Source of the DNA: Trichoplax adhaerens
Lineage: Eukaryota > Animalia > Placozoa
Reading direction: 5' to 3'
NCBI RefSeq assembly: GCF_000150275.1
Contig: NW_002060948.1
Span: forward strand, 682,001 to 746,000
DNA: 64,000 nt
Under the pieces are notes generated by a model. The model did no database searches. It worked only from the letters and a program-made list of their open reading frames with translations, and was not told the DNA's origin. Made by a program: the position numbers and the translations under genes. Positions within the stretch are counted from its first letter, which is position 1; each line of letters opens with the position of its first letter. Below are positions 1 to 13,420 of the stretch, one piece after another.

Positions 1-1489
1 TGTATCCTGTAATGCATTGGACTGCAGCACCATAAAATCGTAAAAATGAATTTTGTTAATTGCAGACTTTATACTGTCTATTTCCAATGAATGACATGAT
101 TATTTACTCTACGTCATCGCTGCTTGCTTAATCGTATGTTATCATGAATGGCTCTTCGATTAACGTCGGAAAAATTTATTGGATGGACCATCATAAAAAT
201 ATAATTTATAGCGTAAAATCCGCTAGCAATTGTATTTCTTAATGTTTAACCTTGCAAGCATTGGCATTTCCTAAATTGATTAGGAAACGAAATATTACAC
301 TATTATTGTACTTAGTTATACTGCATTTTGATATTAGATTTAGTTTCTTGCTGAATTACTATATATTTTTACGTGATTGAGATTTACTGCACTGTACATG
401 ATATAGGATTATCATCATTAAAATTCAACACTAGTATTTTACAAAACAGGTATATTTCGATTTGTCTGTCCTCCATTTTCTGACATCTCATTATAAATTC
501 CAATATAGATAGAGGAAATAAATTCAACTATGGATATCCGGTCATATTTGGAATACTTGATATTTGTAATGTATCTAGTTAGATGGTGCAATAGCAAAGA
601 ATAATTAATTACTATATTCTATAACTTCGCTTGTATGACTCTAAAACGTACAATTTGCCTAAATTGGGCACTATAGAACAACTCTACTCCATCATCCATA
701 GTGATGGCGGAGTATATCATGACTCGTACTTGCGATCAAAAGTTACATATTTATTATTGACCAAGTCAGACCAACCAACCTTAGTAATGAGCAATCAAAT
801 GTGTTAATATTATTTTTGGGTAAAAATTAATATATAAAATGCAAATTAATACTTGAATCAGATATCTTTGTGACGATAGTGCAATAATAATATGTCATTT
901 AGAATATCTTTAAAGAAATAGAAGCTGTCATAGACAGTGTCAATTACTAAAGTCTTAAGCCTTGTCAAATATATACAGTACATTACTATAATAAAAATTT
1001 CAGCAAATAGTAAATGTATACATAGCTGTTAGAAATTTGACTTGCGAAGACAACACTGTACTGTACATGCTGGTTGCTACCAATTTTTTTTAAACTATAG
1101 TAATAAGACAACAATAGCGGAAAATACAGGTACAAAAAGAAAAGCAACGATACTATCATCTACTACGTTATAACGCTATGCATTATCTGTAGTAGCAGCT
1201 TAACTTAATCATTAATAAGGAACACATAAGCGGTTATTTGTGTACTAATTTAATAGTCGTTTAAGTATATGAGCATAGTTGTATAATAATAATAATTAAT
1301 TAATTATATATTATTACTATGTAATATATCGTGTGGGTATTGAGGTAGGGTCTTTTAACTTTTAAGAAATATCACATTATTATCATGTGCATCGATTGAT
1401 ACACAGATTTTAAATATAGAACATAGTAACATACAGTATTAATGCAATACGTCTGATAATCATTAATGTATAATAATATATTAGACAGA

Positions 1490-2685
1490 CTATGAACTGC
1501 TTTGCTTCATTTTATACAAGTTATTAGCAACAGCTTCTCGTAATAATTCAGCTTCATAAGCATCTGCAGAGATCTCCATATCAGTGTTATTGATACCAAT
1601 ACAATTGCTGTTTCCATTATAAAGTACTATCTCATCGTCTGATGACATAAATTCCATGGGTAATCCATTCTCCATTGAACGGCTGATATTGTGCAAGACG
1701 CAACAGGCATGGACAATGGTGCGAACACTTCGAATATCTTTCCGACGAATTAACTTTAATCGTTGGAAACGCCCAATCAACAATCGAAAAGCAGACTTGA
1801 TGTAACTTGTAGCGCAATTATGAACTTCGTTGTAAGACACTTTCCAATGGTAATCATCTCCAGTGATTTGTTTATAAGGTGTAAGTAGCCAAGGTCTTAG
1901 AGGATAACTTTCATCTCCGAGTACGGATACACCTAAGAAGTAGAGGTAATAGTTGATTTTTTTGCTTAGCACTTGCAAACGTTGAAAGAAAGTAGTAGAA
2001 TATCTTACTATCCAGTCTATATCTATCTATCTATCTAGAGATATAACATGTATATATATATATATACACGTAAATAAAAGGACTATTAATTAACAAATTA
2101 ATTATCGTTACCATTGCACCATTCCCTGGCGTATTTTCGGAGTGGATCAGTCAAGTTAACTGGATTATTAGCTTCATTATTGGACTCAACAGGACAACCG
2201 CCAAGAATATAAAAAAAGATTAAATCGGTATCGCATATTGCCTGCAGTAAGGATGCATAACAGCTCTTCTTAGCGTCTCTGTACTGGCCTATTTCGTCTG
2301 TAATTTTCGATGGCGTAAAACGAATATAACAAGTACTCATACAGCCAATTACATTCGGTATATTATGACGCTTTCTAAATTTGCGGATATTACTTTGACG
2401 TTTTGAGCCGGTAGGCCATTTAATAAATTGATAGAACAATTCGCCTAAAAATCCGGTAAAATCGTCAACAATTTGGCTAGCGGTTGTCGGGGAGACGTTA
2501 AATCGTTTGGCTAATCCACTATAAGTGGTTGTTTGATGACCGAGATAGTTTAAGCCTAGTAAAACACATTTAGCAGATTCTCGATATTTGAAATGCATGG
2601 ATCTTTCGAATCTTCCTACGATGTACGAGTAGACTTTTTTGGTTACTCGAAATGTTTGAAAAAATTCCCTATCAAACCTGTCCAT
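1490..2685 (-). CDS. PIF/Harbinger transposase-derived (HARBI1/ALP1-like, DDE_Tnp_4) protein, at least 2 exons; 5' end uncertain
   Basis: Exon ~2685-2112 (FFQTFRVTKK, HTH-like YSGLAKRFNVSPTTASQIV, IKWP, IPNVIGCMSTCYI, LLQAICDTDLIF) joins through GT-AG intron 2111-1933 in frame to exon 1932-1490 (LGDESYPLRPWLLTPY, YNEVH, AFRLLIGRFQRL, ACCVLHN). These are hallmark Harbinger motifs. Confidence 0.88.
2016..2068. repeat. (TCTA)n and (TA)n microsatellites in the Harbinger-like intron
   Basis: Directly visible: tctatctatctatcta and tatatatatatata. Confidence 0.85.
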
Positions 2686-3871
2686 AAGAAATATTTTGCG
2701 ATTACTTACAATTTTGAGTTTAACATTAAAGGTAAAAGGGGAAGCGATATTACGTTGTATCAATCAGTCTCAATCTCATCGTCATTGATACTAGTACAGT
2801 AACACTATTGCTGTACTTGAACAATATTGTTATTAGTGAATATACAGTAGTATATGTAAGTTATAAAGATTGTTCATTAATAGGATAGATTTCTTGGCAC
2901 AACAGAAAATGAGTGCATTGACAAACTCTGCACTCTTTTTATGATATGATGTATACGCGCGTATAATATGACTAACGCTACCTTACAATATTGACCATGA
3001 TTAACTTTATGGCTACTTGAAAAAAGTCCAACCGAATGAGTAGTAGAACTAATCACCACAGAAAAATGGTGTACTTCAAAATTCGACACTATTTCTAGTG
3101 CTATCTTACAGTATTGATAGTATGATGAATTGAAGGATGGCCAATCCCCCAAAAAGTCAAACATAGTCGCGGGGTGATACGATTAACGTGATCAAGCCTT
3201 GTAAAGATATTGAATACGTTGTTCACTAACCATCAATAAAAACAAACAAACACCGTCATGACCAATTCTAGATTACTGTACAGTATGTTTACCACTAGTA
3301 TTGATGAATGACATTGTGGAAGGGAGAAAATGGAAGCAATTTATGGCTTTAGTGGTAGATAACGATATTTTCAATGTAAAGGACGATACTTTAATCATCA
3401 GTGGTAGTTGAGAGGAAAACGAGCAAGAATTAGAAGGAGATACTTGCAATCAAAGTAGGATCAGAAAGGTGTCATGCAATATTGTTTCAATTGATTGGCT
3501 CCTTTTATGAATCAATTATATTATAGAAGTTGTTGAAATTGGATTGAGGTAGGAGTAGTTATGAAAAATACGTCTAGATGGAAACTTTTGGAGGCTATTG
3601 TTGAAAGTAATAAAATGATAAACAGCCTAAAATCTGCATGACTTTGCTACCCATGGAAATGATAGTAACGCTTTGTGTAGCAATTATGATCTCTAGTTGT
3701 ACTGTATTGGTTGATTTAATAGAGTGATACAAATAGTCAAGGTGATTTCCGAGTATGCATTTTAATGATGGAGTGTACCCCATGAAGAGTGGATGGTTGT
3801 AGGGCTATTTTTCAATCGATTGTAGAATGCAATGATATTGAATTATGTTGAAAGCATGCTACTGCAGCTTA

Positions 3872-3975
3872 CCCGACAATCTCTAACGGTAAATATTGCG
3901 GTGGATAGACTTCGCTGACATCACTTGTACTAGGATCCGTATCCAGCTCGCTTTCTTGTGTATCCAGTAACGACA
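3872..3975 (-). CDS. Possible coding exon (MSLLDTQESELDTDPSTSDVSEVYPPQYLPLEIVG); may be the 5' exon of the Harbinger-like gene or of a small separate gene
   Basis: ATG, an acidic open frame and a strong phase-2 donor (GG|gtaagc). It is phase-compatible with the acceptor ttcttatggacag|G near 2678 in the Harbinger ORF. No homology recognised. Confidence 0.3.
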
Positions 3976-4769
3976 TGTTGATTGATTAATTGAAGATTAT
4001 CTGACTATTGGCATGGTCATGGATAGATGAGAAGCAAAAAAAAAAAAAAATGGAAAAACCTTTGAAAATAGATTCAAGATAGCACAATCCATTTGTAAAG
4101 TAGAGTATAATTATATCAACACATTTGCAAAGTCAAGCCAAAGGCTGGAAAGTGAATGGAATCCACTTTCTTGCTTGACTTGTTATCATTCTTAGTATCA
4201 TCTAATGCTAAAATCGACCTAGATCACTGTCTATTCATGATGCACGATTGCATTCAAAAGACTAGAAAAGAAATGAAACATGACTATGATTGTTTCCTAT
4301 CGTCGATAGTACTACTGTCTGCATGGAGAAGAAGTTTTACGTATGGATACATTGCATAGCCATGATGGCCATTGACTTTCTTGTCTTGCCATTTTACTCT
4401 ATTCAAAACCTACTTGAAAGGTCCAATGACGCGTTTATACAGCAAAAAGGAAACTTTCCATTGCATCTTTTTCTTCTGGTGACAACGATTAAAGGCAAGA
4501 TAGGACGTCAAGATGTCCACTGCAATAAGATAATGATTGGCAATAGGATTAGAAGAAGGTTCTCCTAAGAAAAAAAAGGGGAAAAAAAAGTTTTTGCAAT
4601 GGATGCTCTTGAGATTGGATCGCCAACTGCTGCAAAACAACTCTCTCGCCGATTCTCCTGTGTCACGATCACTTGGCTGGTGGGTCTACCCTAGGCGCTA
4701 GAAACACCACCGAGATTGTAGAGAAGAGACTGGATCGAGTGGCGTGCCTGCTACGGCCAACCTGGATGC

Positions 4770-6640
4770 AAGAAAAGGGTACTGGAGTCGAGTATAAGGG
4801 TTTGGATCATGCTAACGATTGAGTAACGCAACCTACACTCCGCCTATTACGGTACAGTATAGGTGAAGACGTCGATGGTGATTGTGGCTGCCATTGACTC
4901 AACAGTACTGGTTCTCCAATCTGTCACGCAAACTCACCCAGCAGTTCCTTCACCCTTCTACTGCGACTGCGCATCATTCCTTGGCTAGAAAAGGGTATTG
5001 GAGTCCGAGTATAAGGGCTTGGATTATGCTATCGATTGGGTAACGCAACCTACACTCCGCCTATTACGGTACAGTATAGGTGAAGACGTCGATGGTGATT
5101 GTGGCTGCCATTGACTCAACAGTACTGGTTCTCCAATCTGTCACGCAAACTCACCCAGCAGTTCCTTCACCCTTCTACTGCGACTGCGCATCATTCCTTG
5201 GCTAGAAAAGGGTATTGGAAAGGGGTATAACCCGGTACAGTATACAGTAGGTGAAGACGTCGATGGTGATTGTGCCTGCCATTGACTCAACAGTACTGGT
5301 TCTACAATCTGTCACGCAAACTCACCCAGCAATTTCCTTCACCCTTCTGCTGCGACTGCGCATCATTCCCTGGCTAGTATAAGGGCTTGGATCACGCTAT
5401 CGATTGGGTAAAGCAACCTACACTCCGCCTATTACGGTACAGTATAGGTGAAGACGTCGATGGTGATTGTGCCTGCCATTGACTCAACAGTACTGGTTCT
5501 ACAATCTGTCACGCAAACTCACCCAGCAGTTCCTTCACCCTTCTACTGCGACTGCGCATCATTCCTTGGCTAGAAAAGGGTATTGGAAAGGGGTATAACC
5601 CGGTACAGTATACAGTAGGTGAAGACGTCGATGGTGATTGTGCCTGCCATTGACTCAACAGTACTGGTTCTACAATCTGTCACGCAAACTCACCCAGCAA
5701 TTTCCTTCACCCTTCTGCTGCGACTGCGCATCATTCCCTGGCTAGTATAAGGGCTTGGATCACGCTATCGATTGGGTAACGCAACCTATACTCCGCCTAT
5801 TACGGTACAGTATAGGTGAAGACGTCGATGGTGATTGTGCCTGCCATTGACTCAACAGTACTGGTTCTACAATCTGTCACGCAAACTCACCCAGCAGTTC
5901 CTTCACCCTTCTAGTACTGCGACTGCGCATCATTCCTTGGCTAGAAAAGGGTATCGGAAAGGGGTATAACCCGGTACAGTATACAGTAGGTGAAGACGTC
6001 GATGGTGATTGTGCCTGCCATTGACTCAACAGTACTGGTTCTACAATCTGTCACGCAAACTCACCCAGCAATTTCCTTCACCCTTCTAGTACTGCGACTG
6101 CGCATCATTCCTTGGCTAGAAAAGGGTATTGGAAAGGGGTATAAGCCGGTACAGTACTGTATACAGTAGGTGAAGACGTCGATGGTGATTGTGCCTGCCA
6201 TTGACTCAACAGTACTGGTTCTACAATCTGTCACGCAAACTCACCCAGCAGTTCCTTCACCCTTCTACTGCGACTGCGCATCATTCCTTGGCTAGAAAAG
6301 GGTATTGGAAAGGGGTATAAGCCGGTACAGTACTGTATACAGTAGGTGAAGACGTCGATGGTGATTGTGCCTGCCATTGACTCAACAGTACTGGTTCTAC
6401 AATCTGTCACGCAAACTCACCCAGCAGTTCCTTCACCCTTCTACTGCGACTGCGCATCATTCCTTGGCTAGAAAAGGGTATTGGAAAGGGGTATAACCCG
6501 GTACAGTATACAGTAGGTGAAGACGTCGATGGTGATTGTGCCTGCCATTGACTCAACAGTACTGGTTCTACAATCTGTCACGCAAACTCACCCAGCAGTT
6601 CCTTCACCCTTCTACTGCGACTGCGCATTATTCCCTGGCT
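4770..6640. repeat. Composite tandem satellite: 10 copies of a ~125-bp core separated by two spacer types
   Basis: Core AGGTGAAGACGTCGATGG...CATTCC(T/C)TGGCT starts at 4861, 5078, 5249, 5446, 5617, 5814, 5988, 6168, 6344 and 6515 (periods 217, 171, 197, 171, 197, 174, 180, 176, 171). Confidence 0.97.
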
Positions 6641-7809
6641 TTTTCGCCCAACACAGATCGGATTGATATCAATATGGGATAAACGACTGACAGGTTACTA
6701 CAGTACTGCAAATAGACAAACGATTGGCCATCGCTGGCCTGTACCAACTCCAATCTTGACTGGCGAAACCACTTTCAAGCATACTGCTGTTGCTGCTATA
6801 ATGTGGAAATTTTCTTTTTTTAAATAAGATTGTAATGTCATGACACTGTCAAAACACACACACACACATCAAGCAACATTCATGTCGATTGGGAATGGGA
6901 GAATTTGGGATTCGTACAGTATGGATAAAAGTCGAGATCAGTCGGTAACCCCGCCATTGCTCAATGCTCATTGGATACAGGACGGCGGCGCTACAAGGCC
7001 ACGCATTGTACACAGTAGAAATACTGTGCACTGTACACTGTACATGACACGTTATGCGCATGCACGTTACTCGTGATCGTCCTTTATCACGCGCCACTGC
7101 TGATGTTTTTGTCGTGTATTGCTGCGTGGACAAATACCTAATAGTACACTATAGTACTGGCTGTACTGTATTGGTATATCCATAGTGCCTTTCAAACTGG
7201 TTACCACTACTTTTGTACGCATACAGTACTGTCTAGTCAGTACAGACTGATACTGTACGAGTGGACGTGTGGACCAGAGTGTGCACAACTGCGTGGTGAG
7301 AAATAAGCTACTTCACGCTATGAAAAAGAACCAGTCAAAGTGTAAAACTAGTACAATTGGATGTTGAGCCATTTCTATGGAAAAGTAAAGCGATTTTATC
7401 ACCAGTCCATGACCACTGACTACAGCAATGGACGCTGATTGTGTACTTTGGTTGAAATTTGAGCAAACTTTCCATCTGATTGAGTTAGGTCATACTGGAC
7501 ACTATAGTTCAGCAGTAGTTTGTGGGTACGTTACTGTACAGTATAAAACCACCGATGCGGTTGTCTTGAGTACAGTACTATAGACTGTAGACGTACAGTA
7601 TTTTGAACAGCCACGGACGGTGAAGCAAGGGACGCTCCAACCACCCTCAGCTTCACACTCTCGATCATAACTGCATGCAAAATAAGGGAAAGAAAAAACA
7701 GAAATTGGGTGGTCGAGGAGTCGCCTGGGTTAATAAGCAAGGCATTTTATTGCTGCACCGATGGGCTAGTCTATGTATAAAGAGCGAAAGAAACCGCTCT
7801 TTGGCAGTC

Positions 7810-8020
7810 TACTGTACAGTAGCTTTGACCATCTAGCAGGTAATGTACTGTACAGTGTACACTAGTAAATACTGTACTAGTAATAGAGTACAGTACAGTA
7901 CAGTACTGTAGAACAAGCGTGGGTTGTGACTGTACAGTACTAGACTCAAGAACTGTACACTGTACACAGTAGCCTCGAGTACGCCAACTGTACTGGACCG
8001 GACCGGATCGGACTGGACCA
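7810..8020. promoter_or_regulatory. TACAG/CTGTA-rich tract upstream of the C19orf47-like gene, with a short GGACC-type pentamer run
   Basis: Dense tacagtacagtacagtactgta motifs about 100-300 bp before ATG 8114. A regulatory role is inferred from position only. Confidence 0.45.
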
Positions 8021-8113
8021 CTGTAAGCGCGGCAGACACACCATTGGCGGCCTCCATCGGCAGCAAACTAATCTAAATCGCAATATCATTTTCTGCCTTG
8101 TAGCAGCAAGAAA

Positions 8114-10757
8114 ATGACAACGACAGGTAAGTAATGATTGCAATCGTTTTCATCATTCTCTCGTTGCCATTACCAGTGATTGTTCACTGAGGTAGAATTC
8201 TCCATGGAGATGAATGTATTTGTTTGAATTGTTATTTTACAGCATCGGAATGGATGGAATTCTTCATTGCAGCTGGAATCCCTTCTAGTCCTGCTTCAAA
8301 GTAAGAATTAGCGTCTTGTCTTCAAAAATCAATCGCTGATGGCACACTCGATGGTAGTAAGCCATTGCAGTGAATCATAGACAAGTGCTATTTATCCTCT
8401 TAGAGTGTCCATAGTAGCAACAAGTAATGCTTGCTCCTATAACTTGAACTGGATGGAAATGGACTAGCCAAGAATGACCATCATCAGTCTGACTTGCTTT
8501 ACTGCATGATAGGATGGAAAGAGAACTTGATTCGTAGGATAAATCAATGGAATCTTGTTGAAACTAGAAAGTCTATACTGTACATTTTCCACATCGATCG
8601 TATCATCACTATGTCTCCAAATTCCTTCAATGAGAATGGCTCTGTACACGCTACGTGTAAATATTATCATGAATCGTTTACGATCATTTAGAAAGCCATG
8701 ACAATAATCTGAGTTACTCCCCTTCTTGCCATCCATTTTCGATCGACGTCGACTCCATCTTGATTGCTTGGCTCAATTTTGAAATACTGTAACCTACAGT
8801 AATCATTTCTTACAGTAGATACAACTCTTAATGATATCCTTTGTTACCATTGCAATCAATCGACTTTATAACATAGCCAACCATTTTTACTCTACACTAT
8901 CATGGTGGAGGAATACATCGGACTCCTTCAACTTCAAACATGAACCTATACGTCATGGAATAGCATCATTTTCATGGTTAACCCATCGACTGTAGTATAA
9001 AAATAGGGTCAATCCATACCAGTTGAACTAATCTTCTGCTTATTCAAACTACTGTAATGGGTCGTGAAAAAACAATTTCTCATCAATACACGCTGATGCA
9101 AAACCTACTATACATCATTGCGTACATTATGATTATAATAAACACTCAATAGCAAAAGCTATTTATAGCTATACATCGTCCGATCAGTCATGGTTACTAG
9201 TATACTTTCAAATGATCCATGTTTTTTCTTTTTGTCAAGAATACTGTGGCTGATATGTTTGAATCACTTTTCTTTCTAGTTATGCCATATTATTCAGTGA
9301 GAACAGAATACATCGGAAAATGTTACCTGAATTAACAAAGGTATTTATCCAATCCCCAACAAGATGATGGTGCTCTCGTTTCCTTCTTCCTTTGTAATTG
9401 AGACAGTGCATATTCGTCTACATACGAGTATATATATATACACACCAAATAGCAGTGATAGTCAGCAACAGTATCGTAGCTTATAAATAACAAAAAAGAA
9501 CAATCATTTGCCATTTTTGACTGAAAGTACTGTTATGTCTATTATGATCTTGTGTAGGATATACTCAAGGAAATGGGAATTACTCCAATTGGCGATATGT
9601 TAGCTATTTTAAAGCATGCCAAAGAAGTTCATGACAACGTAAATTATTAGCTTGAACTCAATAGTTTTAGGTGTTTTTATTTTCACTAGCACTACCCATA
9701 GCCATATTGATTACTTTATACCAATAAGCCTAATTATTGATTGTATAATCTAAGAAATATGATCAATCATGAAGTTGATACAATAACAAAGTCAACGTAA
9801 TCTTTGCATTGCCTACAACATTGCCTCCCATAAAACAAACTCTCTGAAACTTGATTTCACATTTTATCAGGAGATTATGAGAGGATTAGTATCGGATAAC
9901 CCTAGATCAATTGATGGACCATGTAAGAAGAAAATCGCCATAAGCAAAGTCTTGAGCTAATATGAGTCTATTTAACGAATGTTTCTTTTATTTAGCAGCT
10001 AAGATGAGAATAGGGCCCACCAATATAAATGAAGTGAAAAAATCTCAAGAAGACACAGTGACTACGAGCTCGCAGAAAAGCCGGGCCATGATTGCACCAA
10101 CAGTTGCTCCAACATTAAAAATGGTGCAGTCTGCTACTGAGCAATCAGTAAAAGACGTTCGCAAGGCAACTGCACCAACTGCCACTAAACCAAGTAATAC
10201 AAGGATAAGAATAAGAAGGATAGCCTTGAATTCACAAAATGGTGATTAAATGTAGTCATAGACTATTGCATCTACTCGTTGAAGACAATACTTTAACCTG
10301 TTCAGAATCCATGAAATTAGTCATTAACAAGTATGATCAACATCATGTTATTTTAGGTAGCCACTCTGGAAAACAGTCTGTATTTGATCGATTAGGCGCT
10401 TCACAAAGTGAACAAATTGCTAAGGTGGCATCTCATCCTGTTAGGGAAACCCATTCAGTTTTTAAACGTTTAGGGGGTATTCAGCATGATAACAGTACCT
10501 CTGCCAAGGATAGACTTCAACCAAGCGTTAAAATTAATAGAAAAGGTTTATCCACTGTTGATATAAGACAAGTTAAATTAGGCTCCATGAAACGACCAAC
10601 CGAAGCGAAAAAACCCAGGGCTAGCATGACAAAAGCTGAAAAAGTTGCTTTAGCACGAAGTGACCAACTTGGCAATCAAGAAAGCGCTCTGAGTAGATTA
10701 GGAGGAAGTAATCCAGCGGCTACTACAGCTAGAAGACTTATTATACGAAAGAGATGA
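8114..10757 (+). CDS. C19orf47: C19orf47-like protein (N-terminal SAM-like domain, repeated SVFxRLG motifs), multi-exon
   Basis: Spliced translation MTTT|ASEWMEFFIAAGIPSSPASK|YAILFSENRIHRKMLPELTK|GYLKEMGITPIGDMLAILKHAKEVH. The last exon has SVFDRLG, SVFKRLGG and SALSRLGG. This matches the remembered family pattern (SEWIQFFKEAGIP...GDIIAILKHAK). Confidence 0.85.
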
Positions 10758-11855
10758 AGTATACAGTGTTGTAGCTGTTGGCACAACTCGAATCTACAAT
10801 CAAATTATTTAATTCATTAATGACACCTCATTCTGTATAATAAAGCGACAGTAAAAGTTCTTCTGTATTATTGGACTATAATGGTACCCTTTTTTTTTAG
10901 TTTTATAACATTTCAAGCTTAGCTTTACTGGATATCCAATCTCGAACGTTATTCCTCTTGCGTAATTCCAATTCAACGATCAGAGAATATTATCTAGTAA
11001 ATTTACTATCATTTGTTTGACTTTCTCATCTTATGGACTGCACAATTCTATAATAGTCATATTAGTAAATTGATGTGTTGTTGTGATAGGAAGCATCGAC
11101 AGTATCATTCAATCTTGGAACTATTATTTGTTTGCTTTAGTGACTATGTAGTAAGTTCGTATGGCATTTTTTTTATCAACTGTTTAGTCTGTTTATTAAT
11201 TAATATCCATTGGTAACTCAATTTAAATGATACATCAAAGTGTTTATAAAAGAAGCAAACGCATTACATACAGTCAATTTAAAAAGTAACCATCTGATCG
11301 AACTACTGTAGCATTTTGTCAGCGATATTTTCAAGGAAACCAAACATACTTTGGTGTATCCGATTGTAATAAACCATGATCTTATTGTCAATGGATTACA
11401 GCAATTTCCACATTATTGACTTTAAATGGAGCTATAAGAATTTCAAAGTCTTAAAATACAATTGCACGATTAACTATTCAGGTATAGTCTATACTAGTAT
11501 AGCATGATATCAATCGTTATAGCTTTGGTAAATTAATAGACTCTTCTCTAATCCTTTAAACTATACTTGTAATGAGTGTCATTGAATTCGTCCCAAATGA
11601 AAGTAACGTTGGACGCTGTTTTCAATGATTAGTATCTGCATCGACTTTTAAATTGTTATTGGCTAGAGCAAGAATATCCAAGTTTGCATATGTAACAGCA
11701 GCATTAGATTATGTCCATTCCTTTCATAGCTAAAGCATAGTATATTTCTTCTGTCAACATGCACATGGACGTATAAGGAAAGTGTTGCAGTCATGGATGA
11801 CATTCTAATAGTACAATAATAAATAGGACTTGAAATCCGCTTAATCTGTAGGCTT

Positions 11856-12919
11856 CTATCCTTTCTTTGGTTTAGCTAACCAGATTGGTTCTTCCGATTC
11901 TGCGGCTCTTTTAAGAGCTTTCAATATTTCAGTTTGACGCTGCTGTTGGGCTTTCATGATAGCAGGATTACTTTCAGGCAACTCCTGAGAATGAAGTGGA
12001 CAAATGAAAAAATAGCCTTGTGAGTTATTTTTCCTCTACCAAAGGTAGATCAATATCAGATTATGGTAAGATTGGTGTAAAATTGATTACTCTCCATGGT
12101 TCATAAATACAGTAATGGATGTCAAGGCGGTGATCATTACTATTGCATACAATCACTGTCATTTGCCGTGCAACTTGAATCATGATCAAATGGATACTAC
12201 CAATACTAAAACTAGACGGGAAAGATTCAAAGTGTAAACAGACTATGTATGCACTGAATATTATTATTCCTTTCCTTCTATTATCTATTTTCAAGGTATT
12301 ACGGTACTTGGACAAATTCAGTATATCTTGCAAGGTAGAAGTTAGCTTTGCTATCAGTGGGACAAGAAAGTAGAATGTACATCGTCTCCATATCTACATT
12401 AACAGAGACTATCGCATTAACTTTACTGTATCCTGTAGAAGATTAAGAGTAGTACTCTATCGTTAATTGAAACTATAAGACCACTTTTTAAACTTTATCT
12501 TGAATAGACATCTATGATGAATGCGTATACTATACACTTTTACATATAACTTAATCATCCTTGCGCTGACACTTTTGCGTTGCATCGAGCGATGAAAGAG
12601 ATGCTTATACTGTCAGTGCGTTGCAAAGTTGAAAGAGGCATAGGACAACTTTCACCTCGTTTATAATACTATTCGTTCCATTATGCACTAAACTATCTCA
12701 TTATAGACTGGTATATTGGATAGGCTAGCAGTCTATCACGTCGATTGTATACAATAAATATGGAAAATGAGCACCAGAGTGAAGAATTTTACATTAGCCA
12801 TCAACTACCTTGAGCAGCTCCTGTTCATTCGGTTTAGTCACTCTCATCAAACCCCATCCAGCAAGGACGGTTAAGGTTGTTATTCCTATCGTCATACCAA
12901 TCTTAGCAATGGTACTCAT
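11856..12919 (-). CDS. UQCC3: Complex III assembly factor UQCC3/Cbp4-like, 79 aa, 2 exons (12919-12809, 11984-11856)
   Basis: MSTIAKIGMTIGITTLTVLAGWGLMRVTKPNEQELLK|ELPESNP...LKALKRAAESEEPIW. One N-terminal TM helix, then P..ELLK.LP and a C-terminal E.PIW motif of the CBP4 family. Canonical GT-AG intron. Confidence 0.75.
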
Positions 12920-13420
12920 CTTCTAATACTTTCTAGCTTGAATTCAGTCGCAATTAATTGAAATACAGCCGTTCAATTCGATCTTACTCCTCGATTTGCA
13001 AAGATTTTGATGATTTTGTCCGCTTGCAATGTCCAATTTCTCTCTGTCGATTGGATGCTTGTTGTTAATGCGTTCAATCTAATACGGCTGCCATACAAAA
13101 GCGTTGTTACCTACCTACTGTATGTGTATCACTCTCGATCTCACTATGGATTTTATTACTCTAGCTGTTTTGAACTGTCTCGCCCAAGTAGGGTCTCGTT
13201 AGCCACTCGACTATGGTAGTATACTGTATTAAACAGTCCAAAACGAAAGTATATTACTATGGCTTCGCTACGATATCGAACGAGTCAGCTTTTGCAATTG
13301 ATTGAATACTATTCCTCCTATTTCTCTCTCCAAATGCCATCAGGAAATTCATGCAGTTCCTCTATTGCTCTTATTTATAGCTTGATAGTCGATAATCGAT
13401 CAGTATCATGATAACAGAGG

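Noticed and set aside
3500-3803. Possible additional small exons on the minus strand
   Set aside because: Several mutually incompatible splice paths, early stops and no recognisable homology.
1-4700. Complete autonomous Harbinger transposon
   Set aside because: No terminal inverted repeats, TWA duplication or Myb/SANT ORF recognised, and the catalytic residues are altered.
4746-4762. GCCTGCTACGGCCAACC resembling the 5' end of 5S rRNA
   Set aside because: Similarity stops after ~15 nt, with no internal box A/C or 5S fold.
4861-6640. Repeat-spacer pattern resembling a CRISPR array
   Set aside because: Repeats are ~125 bp, spacers recur as only two types, no cas genes are present, and the context is eukaryotic.
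6840-8143. Several 65-95-aa ORFs rich in Y/S/T/V/Q/C (also 49388-49898 and 58308-58633)
   Set aside because: Their composition simply reflects translated TACAG/CTGTA repeats in intergenic DNA.
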